The position numbers and the translations under genes are program-made. Of a stretch of DNA of 64,000 nucleotides, positions 28,245-39,869 are shown in pieces. Location: NCBI GenBank assembly GCA_963575745.1, contig CAUYUJ010000189.1, forward strand, positions 1 to 64,000, read 5' to 3'. Source of the stretch: Prorocentrum cordatum (lineage: Eukaryota). The first letter of the stretch is position 1. Every line of letters begins with the position of its first letter. Under the pieces are notes generated by a model. The model saw only the letters and a program-made list of their open reading frames with translations, ran no database searches and had not been told where the DNA came from.

Positions 28245-28640
28245 AGAGGCCCAGCTACGACAATAATGGCTCCCGCTCGATACTTCCTTACAGTTTTCCC
28301 CGAGACGCCCTGGCCAGAGAGGCCCCCGAACTCAGGAACGGCGCTCTCGCTCGAGACTTCCTCGCAATTCAATTAAGTTGGCGGAGGCCCAGGCATGACG
28401 ACAAGGGCTCTTGCTCGATACTTCCTCACGATTTACTCCGAGAGTCCCTGGCCAAGAAGGCCCCCGAACTCAGGAATGGCACTCTCGCTCGAGACTTTCC
28501 CGTAATTCAGGCAAGTTGGTGGAGGCCCGTAAACGGCGACAAGGGCTCCCGTTCGATTTTTCCTTATAGGTATTCCGAGAGCCCCTGGCCAGAGAGGCCC
28601 TGGAATTCAGGAGCGGCGCTCTCGCTCGAGATTTCTTCGC
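28245..28640. repeat. ~145-bp tandem repeat, ~2.7 units (CCCTGGCCAGAGAGGCCCCCGAACTCAGGAACGGCGCTCTCGCTCGAGA)
   Basis: Three recurrences at ~28308, ~28447 and ~28582. Confidence 0.8.
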
Positions 28641-28780
28641 TTGTCAGTCAGTGGCCGACACGGAAGAGGTTCCCCCCGAAAGAGGGTGCAATCGAAGGCG
28701 ATGTGGGCCGGTATCGAGGATTGGGGTATACGGAGTGCAAGACACGCGTGCCAGTAAGAGCGAGCAGTCTTAAAATGATG

Positions 28781-28821
<41 letters not shown>

Positions 28822-30189
28822 CATTGTTGCTGTTGTTGTTGTTGTTGTGGTGGTGGTGGTGGTGGTGGTTGTTGCTGCTGCTGCTGTTGTTGAGTGTTAA
28901 CTGCTAAACAATTTTTACTGTTGGACCCCTTACAGGCGCCCTGGCGCTCTCGCCGAGGCGCCAGCTGCATTTTCATTGAAAATGAGGCTCATCCTCAAGC
29001 GGTTTGGGGGACCGCCAAAACCGGCCCCCCAACAACAACAACGCTCCCGTTCGAGACTTCCTCCTTTTTTGCTCAAGGCCGGTGCTCTTGCTCGCCGCCG
29101 AAAGCAGCCGTCTCAACAAAACCAACTCTCCCGCTCGAGACTCCCTCCCGTTTTACCTTGGACAGGCGCGCTACTTTTTCTCTCATCGGCGCCGCCCCCC
29201 AACAGCTCGAGACTTCCTTCCTTTTTTTTCAAGGTGGTGCTCGTGCTCGCCGCCGACAACCCCCGTTCCGACAAAAAAACATCGCTCCCGCCCGAAACGT
29301 CCTCTCGTTTTACGCTGGACTGGCGCCCTTTTCTCCTCGTCCTCCTCCTCGTCCTCCTCCGCATCCTCCTCTTCCTCCTCCTCCTCCTCCTCCTCCCTCC
29401 TCCCCCCTCCCTCATTTTCCTCACTCTTCCTTCCTCCACCCCCTCCTCTTCTCCCTCCTCCCTCCTCCCTGCTCCTCCCTCCCCCCTTGTCCTTCCTCTC
29501 CTCGTCCTCCTCCTCCTCGTTCTCCTTTTTTTTCCTCCTCCTCCTCCTCCTTCTCCTCCTCCACTAATTATTAAATCACTATCATTTTTGGAAAGCATAG
29601 ATAATGTGGGGAAGGAGGAGGAGAAGGAGGACGGATGACTTCCAGGGTGTCCAACGATCGATAGTAGAAGTATTGAGTTCAGGGATTCCTTGAGAGGGTG
29701 TGGAGGGGCAGGTGGAGGATGCGAGCATGGGAGCGGCAGCGCCTGGGGGCGTGCACGTTCAGGATCACGCGCCGAGGCCGCAGGATGGTGACGTAACAGT
29801 TCGAACGATGAGTAAGAACCACCTCGTCCTCGGAGGTACTGCTACTACAACTACTCCTCCTTCCTCCCCCCCCCTTCTCTTCCTCTTCATCCTCCTCCTC
29901 CCCCCTCCTCCTCCTCCTCTCCCTCTTCCTCTCCCTCATCTTCGCTCCCCTCCTCGTCCTCTTCCTCCTCCTCCGAGATGCGGGGCGCGCGCAAGGCGAT
30001 TGCGATGGCGATGTGCCGTCATAGCTGTGGAAGTCAAGGTTCCTCGAAAGAGGTGGTGGCAACGACTTCTTGGGCGGGAGATCCGGGCGAGGGAATATCG
30101 GGCCCCGCGCGCAAGGCAAATCCCCCAAGATGGGGCGTGGCATCCAGAAGGATGCGTGTGACATGTGGAAGCGTGGCGCATGGAGGTAA

Positions 30190-30194
30190 CATGG

Positions 30195-30238
<44 letters not shown>

Positions 30239-30570
30239 ATTGTTGCGGATGCTGTTGTTGTCGGTGTCGTTGTCGCGGTTGCGGTCGTATTTTGTTGTCA
30301 TTGTTGATGCAGTTGTTGTTGATGTTGTGGTCGTGGCTGTTGTCGTCGTTGTTGGGATTGTTGCTGTTGTTGTTATTATTGCTTGGACTATTATTGTTGT
30401 TGTGTTTGTTGTTGTTCAGGTTGTTGTTGTTGTTGGTGGTGCTGTTGTTGTTGTTGTGGTTGTTTGTTGTTGCTGCTGCTACAGTTGCAATTGTCGTTGT
30501 TGTTGATGATATTGTTGTTGTTGATGCTACTGCTGGTGTTGGTGCTGGTGGTGGTGGTGCTTCTGATGAT
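30190..30570. repeat. Degenerate (GTT)n microsatellite
   Basis: Visible repeat. Confidence 0.95.
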
Positions 30571-30673
30571 GCCATGCGCCTGGATCGATCAGGCTTCCTT
30601 TCCTTCGTTTTACTGGTGCTGCTCTTTCTCCTCGCCATCGTTTTGCTGCTCCTCCTCGTCCCGCTGCTCCCCC

Positions 30674-30710
30674 ACCGTCGCCATTTTGGCGTAGGCAATT
30701 TGGGTTCAGG
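30674..30710 (+). other. Genomic dinoflagellate spliced-leader copy plus a second, more degenerate SL relic
   Basis: ACCGTCGCCATTTTGGCGTAG versus DinoSL DCCGTAGCCATTTTGGCTCAAG, followed by GCAATTTGGGTTCAGG (compare CCATTTTGGCTCAAG). Confidence 0.8.
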
Positions 30711-30785
30711 CTACAGTTCCTTCGCAGGTTTCGGAACTCGTTTTGAGCATCTCCAGTCTTGCCCAGAGAGAGCAGATCGTGGCCA

Positions 30786-31790
30786 ATGGGAACCCGTCAG
30801 AGTCAGGAGGGAGGAGAAGGCGAGCAATTTCCAAAGGACTTTGCCAGCGCGGCCTACCAAATCGAGGGTGGGTACCGGGAAAATGGCCGCGGCGCGTCGA
30901 TTTGGAACACTTTCTGCGGCCTGGACACGCTCGGGATGCGTGGCCCAGCTGGGGACCAGAGGCTTGTGCCTGGCAAGTTCTGCCATAGCAGACCCTGCCC
31001 GAGATTCTCTGGGAACTACGACCGAAGATGCTACGTCTTTCCGCTAGACCTACAAGTCGGACGTCGAGCTCACGGCGAAGAGTGGCATCAAACTTGTCGT
31101 GGCCAAGAATAATACTGACAGGTTTCCCGGCTGACGGCGTGAGTGAGTCGGGCGTGAACTTTTACAAGGATGTGTTCAAGACAATGCGCCCAAATGGTAT
31201 CACCCCACCTGGTCATTTTGTAGCGTTGGGACTTGCCGCAGGGCTTGCTAAACGCCCCAGGCCCGATAGAGCATTTGAGCAAGTTGAAGTTCCACGACGA
31301 GACGCCATGTTGCTACCAGGGCTGGTACAGTGCCACGGCATCAGCGGCCGGTTTGCCAGTCCCACGTGGGGTAGATCCCGTTGTCGTGAAGGAGTTCACC
31401 AACCACGCCGATTTTTTCTGCGATACCTTTACAGATGTGAAGGCTGGTCGAGCTTCAATGAAGCTTAAGTGGCATCAGAAATGTCGAGCGGTTGGGGGAA
31501 GGCCCCCTCGACAGCACCATACTTGGACGTGGATGTTTGGCCTTACGTGTACGGCATTCCGTACGGAAGTGGTGGGTTCATTCACGATTATCCAGAATCG
31601 ATGCGTACCGGGCCGTTCAAGCTGTCTTACCTCCCAGCGTTCACCGAGAGTGAGAAAGCCTTGCTGAAAACCAGCCGTGCTGCGCTCCCTGCCATCGGTC
31701 CCAATCATTATGGCACGAACTTGGTTGATGCCGAAGGGAGCACGTCCAACGCAGGCAAAACTAAAATGTTCGACAATAAGAGAAGTAACT
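30786..31790 (+). pseudogene. Processed pseudogene of a glycoside hydrolase family 1 enzyme (beta-glucosidase-like); frameshifted, internally deleted, 3'-truncated
   Basis: GH1 motifs in order across frames: FPKDF-ASAAYQIEGG..GRGASIWNTF; LSWPRI..GV..GVNFY..NGITP; WDLPQGL; EFTNHAD; WSSFNEA (acid/base NE at 31457-31462); DYPESM..LPAFTESEKALLK; IGPNHY. No nucleophile (TENG-type) motif seen. Confidence 0.9.
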
Positions 31791-33370
31791 GAAGATTTGC
31801 TTGACTACAATCCGTTTTGTGTTCAAGCAAATTCTTACCCCCCCCCCATTTGCCTCAGGATGCCCCCCGAGAATCCCTATCAGAAGAGCCCAGGAAATTG
31901 ACTCATCCGACGCCTGACTCAATTTCGCAAGACCTAACTCATCCAGTGCCTAGATCATCTGATGCCAAACTCATCCGTTGCCTACCTCATGCGGCCCCTC
32001 ACTAAACTTACTCAGGCCTAACTCATCCAGTGCCTAGCTCATCCTGTGCTCTATTCAAACAACGCCTAACGCAACAAGTGGCAACTAACCAGAAACATTG
32101 CTTGACTACAAACCGTTTTGTAGTCAAGCAAATTTGCATCCGAATCCCCTTAAGGAGCAAAATGTTTGCACCTCACTCGATCCTGCAAATTTGCTTGATA
32201 ACGAACCGCTTTGTAGTCAAGCAAATTTGCACGATCGAGTGAGGTGAAAGCATTCATTTGTGCACCTCACTTGACCCTGCCGAATTCACCCGTTGCCTTA
32301 CCCCCCCAGATCCGCTCACTGAGTGCCCGAGCTCATCCCAGTGCCGAACGTACTCGCGGTGTATAACTTACCTAAACACGCCACTCAGCGAACGCCCGAA
32401 CTCACCCGTTATTGCAAAGTCTTGCAAAGTTACCCGACAGTCTGAAGTCACCCCGTGTCCCCAGCTCACCAGATACACACAGTTGACCGAGTAAGCGTAA
32501 CTCACCCGGCACTCCTAATGCACATAGTGCCAAAATCGTCTCATGCCGAATGTCTCCTGTGCCATACTCCTCCAGCGCACCACTCCAAGTGTCGGGCGAA
32601 GAGAAATATGCACATGCACCGATCCTGACAACGTCCATCCTTGACCCAGGATCGGTGCATATGCCTTCCTGGCCAAGGTAGGAGGGCATATGCACCGATC
32701 CTGGGCTCAGGATGGGTCTGGCCAGAATCGGTGTATGTGCATAGTCCTTTTTCCTCTAAAGTGTGCCAAACTCTTCCTTTTGCCGAACTCCTCCTGGGGC
32801 CAAGCTCATCCCGTTGCCGACTCCTCCTGTTGCCAGACTCCTGCGGCGCCAGACCCCTGCGGCGCCGAACACCTCCGGTGCCAAACCCATCTGGTGCCAA
32901 AGCCATCCGGGGCCAACCTCATCCGGGGCCAAAGTCATCCGGTGCCAAACTCATCCGGTGCCAAAGTCATCCGGTGCCAAACTCATCCGGTGCCGAACTC
33001 AGCCGGTTCGAAACTCATTTGGTGCCAGATTCATCCAGTGCCAGACTCATCCGGTTCGAAACTCATCCGGTGCCAGAGTCATCCGGTGCCAAACTCATCG
33101 GGCGCCAAATTCATCCGGTGCGAAATTCATCCAGTTTTCGAACATCCGACTCCTACATTATCTTTTTCCGGGCTCATCCGACGCCTACCTCATCGGGTGC
33201 CTCATTCATCCGGTGCCTCATTCATCCAGGCTAATTCATCTGGTGACTAACTCATCTGGGCTAACTCATCCGGTGACTAATGCATGCGGTCGCATTCATC
33301 CGGTCGCGGTTCACCCGAACCGCGGATCGGATAATTCGGAGCGGATGAGTCGCCATCGGATGAATCAGCC
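31790..33370. repeat. Repeat-rich element: three palindromic hairpins plus a ~20-21-bp ACTCATCCGGTGCCA minisatellite
   Basis: TTGCTTGACTACAAA-CCGT-TTTGTAGTCAAGCAA (32098-32131) with variants at ~31795 and ~32185; tandem units at 32870-33310. Confidence 0.75.
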
Positions 33371-34109
33371 AGTCTCCCTGCCCCGGGTCCCCCCAAAGAC
33401 CGTGAGCGACGAGGCCGCCGCCCCCCCCTTTCTTGCGAGGGTGGGGGCTCGGGGCCGTGCGCACGCCACGGTCCCGCCGCCCTGTCGGCTTCCATTCTTC
33501 CAGTTACTCGGTGGAGCAGGAAAGACCGAGGAATTTCTAAGGGGGGACACACTCTTTGCTTGGAGAACCCCTAACTCGCAGCCCGTTGTGGGGGTTGCTA
33601 GATGGGGGCCAGCCCGGGCTAACAACCCCCAAGCTGGGCTCTAGAGGGGGGCAATCTGCGCGCAGCGGTCGCAGCAGCCACCATCATCTTTTCGGCTTTC
33701 GTTCTATCCCACCGTCTGCCTTGGTCGGGCCGACTGCCCGCTGCCCTCCCCCTCCTTCGGAGTGCCGCTGCACTTTCGTACTACGCCCCTCCTGCCTCCT
33801 GCGCTGCACACTTCTGCTTTGCTTGCCGCCACTCCTCTCCCCCTCCCCTCCCCTCCCCTCGCGTCCCCTCGCGAGTGACGGGCGGTTCCCTGGCCCCCCG
33901 CTGCGTGAGCTGGCCCGGCCGCGCGCTCGCTTCAGTCGACGGTGTCGCCGCGCCGCCGCGCGCGTGGCCGCGACGCCGTGTGCTGGCGCGTGCGCACGTC
34001 TTCCGCTCAGTTTGCATGTGCCGCTGGGTGGACGGGGGCGGTAGCAGACCATGGGAGCCTGATTCTAGGCCTCCTAGACGGGGTCGGCATTGATGTGGTC
34101 GGAGGATCG

Positions 34110-34445
34110 CGCCGTATCGTCGATGCATCGGCGATGCGGCTCGATGTGGAGCCTGATTTTCTCCACGCTGGCATCGCCGATGCATCGCCGATGTCGCCGA
34201 GGTATCGCTGATGCATCGGCGATGTATCGTCGATGTATCGGCGATGCGGCGCGACCCTCCGATCCGATCTACTCCGACCCCACTAGGAGGCTTCTAATTC
34301 CGCCTTCAGCGTGCATTAGCACCCATGAGCGTCTGGTAGTCGACGAGGTAGCGCCGATATAGCGTCGACGAGCGTCGACTAGCGTCGATTAGCGTCGACA
34401 TAGCGTCGATTAGCGTCGACTAGCGGCGATCAGCGCCGATCCGCA
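34110..34445. repeat. CpG-rich palindromic repeats and (TAGCGTCGAY)n decamers
   Basis: 17-bp inverted arms at 34121-34137 / 34171-34187; 10-mer run at 34359-34440. Confidence 0.8.
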
Positions 34446-35934
34446 ATAGGCAACAAGACGGTGTGGGAGGCTCCCATGAGTTGCCACCGAAGACGAGGAC
34501 GGTTTCTTTCTCTGTCGCCCTGGAGGCTCAGGGGGTGACGCATCGGTCCCCAGTCGTCTACTGATCGCCGATAGGGGCCCGGCAGTGCCCAGGAAGGTGC
34601 GGCTTCGCTATCGGGGGCCTATGCTGATCTGCTGGCGAATTATCACTGACTCCAGCTCGAAGCTTCCCCCCCCTTGAGCCGGTTTCTCCCCAACGCTCCC
34701 CCTAAGTTCGACGGTGCCCAACTGTGACTTCGCCTCAGTAGCTCAATTCATTTGGTCCAGCTCGAGCTGCAGTTGCCACGCCACCTTTGACCTCAAATGC
34801 TGGACACAACGGTACTGAGTCAATTATCTGTGCTGCTGATAATCAACATAACGGTCCCGACTGGCAATTATTTGTGGCTCGGCTGTTGAATGGACCCTCA
34901 AGGTTAGATATTCTGGAAGTCAAGCTCAACTCATGTTGTTGGAAGACGCCGTGCTTCGATTCCATTCCTTACAGCGAGCCCTCCGGAACCCTCAACCCTC
35001 ATGCTTCCCAAGCCACCGCGCCAGGATGGCATGTCGGCGATCTTTAGGAGTACCTTCCAGGGCGTGGTGGGCGCAGCGCGCGGCAGAAGCGTGGTTCAGG
35101 GGTCGATGGACGGGAGGCGGAAGTGTTGCGGAGGAGGAGTAGGACAGGAGCAGCAGGAGCAGAAGCAGGAACAGAAGAGGGAGCAGGAACCGGCAGGCAG
35201 AGGAAGCTGACCAGGTTGACTCAGGATGCGTCAACGACGGGGCAGTGCACCCTCGCGTCGCAAGTTCCTTCCCTCGTCCCAGGTATGCAATTTAATAGCG
35301 GGAAGCGCCTCCTTGAAAGACGAGGGCCTTTGGGTCTGCCATTCAGGCCACTCCGAACCGAGCCGCCCCCCATCCGTACGAATATCTGTGGAACTTTTCA
35401 AGATGTGGGGTCATAAATTTCCAGGAGAGTCAAAACGAGAGCTCCATTCCGAAAAGGACTTGTCTTCAGTTCTCGTAGCTCTGGCACAAAGGACAGTTTC
35501 GGATCATACCGTGCACAATGTGGAGGAGCATCTATGATTATGCAAGCTGTGGAGTGCAACCTATGAGGCGCAATCGACTTGGTGCGAGTTCCCTGTTGTA
35601 AGCTATCGGGCACTCGGACACAACCCATGCGGGGCAGTTAGTGTAGAGAACATGTCTAACAGGGTCAGACTCGACGGCAGCTCACCAATGATAGCGCGGC
35701 AAGCCGCGCAGGTGGAGTGCACCGTGCACACCGACGGGAGGAGCCACAGGCAGTTCGCAAAGGCCGCGCGGCCGCTCCCGTGCTCCTCGGCCCCGTCGTC
35801 TCCGTGTTCTCCTCGTCTTCGTCGCCCTCTTCCTCCTCCTCTATCCCCCCCTTTTATCCGTTCGCGCTCCGGCGCGCGACAGGGGGGCTGCCCGACGGCA
35901 GTCCAGAAGCCCGGACGGCCGCCAGTTGGCGATG

Positions 35935-35954
35935 GTAGTGATGATGATGATGCT

Positions 35955-35985
<31 letters not shown>

Positions 35986-36291
35986 ATGCTGAAGTTGATG
36001 ATGCTGATGATGATGGTGATGCTGATGTTGATGCTAATGTTAATACTGATGATGATGCTGATGCTGTTGATGATTCTGATGTTGACGCTGACGATGATGA
36101 TGATGGTGACGATGATGATGCTGACGATGCTGCTGCTGCTGCTGCTGATGCAGATGATGATGCTGCTGCTGATGATGCGGATGATGATGCTGATGATGAC
36201 GATGATGATGATGATGATGATGATGATGCTGATGCTGAGGCTGTTGCTGCTGACGATGCTGTTGATGATGCTGCTGATGATGCTGATGACC

Positions 36292-36351
<60 letters not shown>

Positions 36352-36434
36352 ATGATGTTGCTGCTGATGATGCTGATGCTGATGCTGATGCTGATGCTGA
36401 TGCTGCTGATGATGAGGAAGAGTAAACGAAGAAA

Positions 36435-36467
<33 letters not shown>

Positions 36468-36565
36468 CTGCTGCTGATGATGATGATTATGATGATTAGG
36501 ATAATGATGCTGATGATGATGCTGATAATGATGATTATGCTGATGATGCTGATGTTTCTGATGAT
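35935..36565. repeat. Degenerate (GAT)n array
   Basis: Visible repeat. Confidence 0.95.
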
Positions 36566-36864
36566 TCTCCAGGCTCACGCCACATCCGCCGACCCCTTGA
36601 TTCGTACCGGCGGCTATCGCCGCGTTTCCGCCTTCACTGCTCGTAGCTACCAGGCGTTACAGTGCAGTGGCAAGTGCCAGAAGAAAAGATTGAGAGGCAT
36701 GGCAAAGCGCATGGAAAAAAGAACGGAAGAGGAGTAGTCGGAGGTGGAGGAGGAGCAGAGGGAGGAGGAGGATGAGGAGGATGAGATTGAAGAGGATGAG
36801 GAGGTCGAGGATCAGGTTGAGGAGGATGAGGAGGGTGAGGTTGGGGAGGATGGCGAGGGGGAGG

Positions 36865-38210
36865 GCAGTCTTGGGGCCATCTTGGGCGTGTTCGAACGCT
36901 GGTTTGGCTACTCGGGGCCTTCTTGACCGTCTCGGGGGCCCCTTGGTGCGCTCTTGGTTCGTTTTCGGGCCCTTTGCTCCCCCCGGCGGCGTTCGAGCCG
37001 GGGTCAACCGGAGCGCGGATGACCCCGGCTCGAACGCCTCTGGGCTACTTTGGGGCTGTATTGGAGGCCTCCAGGGCCGTCTGGGAGCGTCGGAAAGCCC
37101 AAAAGGCAAATTTGTGAAAAATGTACGTTTCACGAAGGGAACGGGCCAATTTTTGCGCCGAGGGGCCCTCCTGGGGGTCTCTTGGGCAGTCTTGGGACCA
37201 TCTTGGGCGTGTTCGAACGCTGGTTTGGCTACTCGGGGCCTTCTTGACCGTCTCGGGGGCCCCTTGGTGCGCTCTTGGTTCGTTTTCGGGCCCTTTGCTC
37301 CCCCCGGCGGCGTTCGAGCTGGGATCCACCGGAGCCCGGATGACCCCGGCTCGAACGCCTCTGGGCTACCTTGGGGCTGTATTGGAGGCCTCCAGGGCCG
37401 TCTGGGAGCGTCGGAAAGCCCAAAAGGCAAATTTGTGAAAAATGTACGTTTCACGAAGGGAACGGGCCAATTTTTGCGCCGAGGGGCCCTCCTGGGACGC
37501 ATCTTGGAGGCCTCTTGGGGCCTCTTGGGGCCGTCTTGGGCCGTCTGGAGGCGATCGTCGGTGTCTTTGATCGCTCTTCGACCGTCTGTGACCATATTGA
37601 GCTCTCTTGGAGGCCACTTGAAGCGCTCCTGGAGCGCTCTTGGGGCCGTCTTCGGGGCCCTCTTGGGCAATCTTGGGCGCCTCTTGGGCTGTCTTGGGGC
37701 TCTCTTGGGCTGCCTTGGAGCTTCCCTGGAGGCTTCTTGGACCGTCTTGGGGCGGTATTTAGGGCCTCTTGGGCCGTCTGGGAGCGTCGGAAAGCCCAAA
37801 AAGCGAATTCGTGAAAAATGTACGTTTTACGAAGGGAATGGGCCAATTTTTGCGTCTAGGGACCCTCGTGGGACGCATCTTGGAGGCCTCTTGGGGCCTC
37901 TTGGGGACCTCTTGGGCCGTCTTGGAGGCCTCTTAGCCCGTCTTTGAGCCATCTTGGGCGTCTTGGAGCGCTCGTTTGGCGTCTCGGGGCTCCCGTGGGC
38001 CGTCTTGAAGGCCTCTTGGGGCCATCTTGGCCCGTCTTGAGGCTTCCTGGGGCCCGGAAAAGCCCCGGCGGCGCTCGTCCCGGGCCCCGGCGGCGCTCGT
38101 CCCGGGCCCGGGGGGGGGGGGGTCAAATCGCCGGTTTGGGGTCCCGGGGGGGGGACTATAGGGGGGGGAACTATCTCACACGCCTAGAGACCCACAAGGG
38201 GTCGGCGGAT
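36865..38210 (-). mobile_element. CCAAGA-family element in reverse orientation with a 321-bp internal duplication
   Basis: Reverse-complement homology to the 385-bp unit (AAAATGTACGTTTCACGAAGGGAACGGGCCAATTTTTGCG); boundary motif CAAGGGGTCGGCGGAT abuts the GAT array. Confidence 0.65.
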
Positions 38211-38211
38211 T

Positions 38212-38361
38212 ATGCTGATGATGATGCTGATGATGATGCTGATGCTGATGCTGATGCTGATGATGATTCTGCTGCTGATGATGGTGATGATGATGCTGCT
38301 GCTGCTGATGATGATGATTATGATGATGATGATGATGCTTATGATGCTGATGATGATGCTT

Positions 38362-38415
<54 letters not shown>

Positions 38416-38440
38416 CTGATGCTGATGATGATGATGATGC

Positions 38441-38531
<91 letters not shown>

Positions 38532-38555
38532 TGGTGGTGATGATGATTATGATGT
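38212..38555. repeat. (GAT)n array
   Basis: Visible repeat. Confidence 0.95.
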
Positions 38556-39120
38556 GCCAAATTTCTATTTCTGTATGGGCGACGATGTCGGTGACGTCGG
38601 CGGTGGTTGTGATGACGAACAGCCCTTGGACAATGTATCGTCTGAGAGTCGACGTTCCGAAAAAAAACGATTATGAGGTTTTGTCGAGGTGTCCAGTAGT
38701 GCAGTGTTTTCTTCAACCGGGTCCAGAATGATTTGCTTTGAGGCATGGGTTGACGTGGTCACTCAACGGGCAAGTGCGGAGGAAGAGGAGGAGGAGGAGG
38801 AGGAGGAGGAGGAGGAGGAGGAGGAGGAGGAGGGACGAGGAGGAGGGACGAGGAGGGGGGACGAGGAGGGGGATGGGGGGAGACTTGGCTGACGCGGGGA
38901 ACGCGGAGGAGGGGAAGGGTGAGGAGGAGGGGGGGCATGGGGTAAAAAATCGAGGGCGATGAGAGGGGGGGGCTGGAGGGCTGGACACAGCCGGGTTTGG
39001 GGATGCACACCCCTCGGGTCGGGGCTGGACGCTCCCGGGGCCAGGGCTGGACAGCCTCTGGGGTTTGGGCTCGGCCGCCCTTTGTCTGACGTCCAGATCT
39101 GGTGTTTCTCAGCCCTGCTG

Positions 39121-39280
39121 TTGAGTTGGGCATGTCCCTCTGCAGGAGGAATATTCGAAAATAGTCAAAACAATTGTCCGGAGGCGATTTTTGGACCATT
39201 TTTGATCATGCTGGAGCATTTTTGGGCTGTTCTCTACTTCACGTCCAAAATCCCCCTGTAGGAGGACATGCCCGACCTAA
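39121..39280. mobile_element. 160-bp MITE with ~30-bp imperfect TIRs, flanked by the direct repeat CCCTGCTG
   Basis: TTGAGTTGGGCATGTCCCTCTGCAGG...CCTGTAGGAGGACATGCCCGACCTAA; CCCTGCTG at 39113-39120 and 39281-39288. Confidence 0.75.
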
Positions 39281-39869
39281 CCCTGCTGCTGCCCCCCCCG
39301 GTCCCGCCCTCCTCGCTTCGCGGGCCTCGCCTCGTGCCTCCCTCGTCGTCTGCCGGCCTCCTTCCCTCCCTCCCGCCGCGCGTGGACTCCTCCCTGCGCC
39401 TCCTTCCTGCCCGCCCATTTCGCCTCCGCCTCCTCTTCAATCGGCGGCCCAAGGACGGGTGCGACTGCGACGACGCGCGGCGACGTTCGGCGACGGGTTC
39501 GACGACGAGTTCGACGAGCACGACGAGTGCGACGACGCATGGTTCGTGCGTGTCCGCACCCTTCCTTCCGTCCCTTCCGCTCCAGGTCTCCCCTTTTTCA
39601 TCTCGATGCCGCTGTGCCGCCTGCCCTGCCTGTTTGTTTCCGAGCCGATCCAGGCTCGGCCCTGCGCGATGCGTCTCTGCCGATCCTCCATGTTGCGGCC
39701 GGTTCTCGGCCGATGCTTGCCGATTAGATGCTCGAGTTGAGCCGCTTGAGCTTATTCACGAGGCTTACGCAATTCCGCCGACCCCCATAACAGTGAATTC
39801 GTCAAGAGTCGTGCCACCGTGCCTGGCCAGTGGGTCAGGAGCCTTGGGGATGCATATGAGGGTCTTCTG

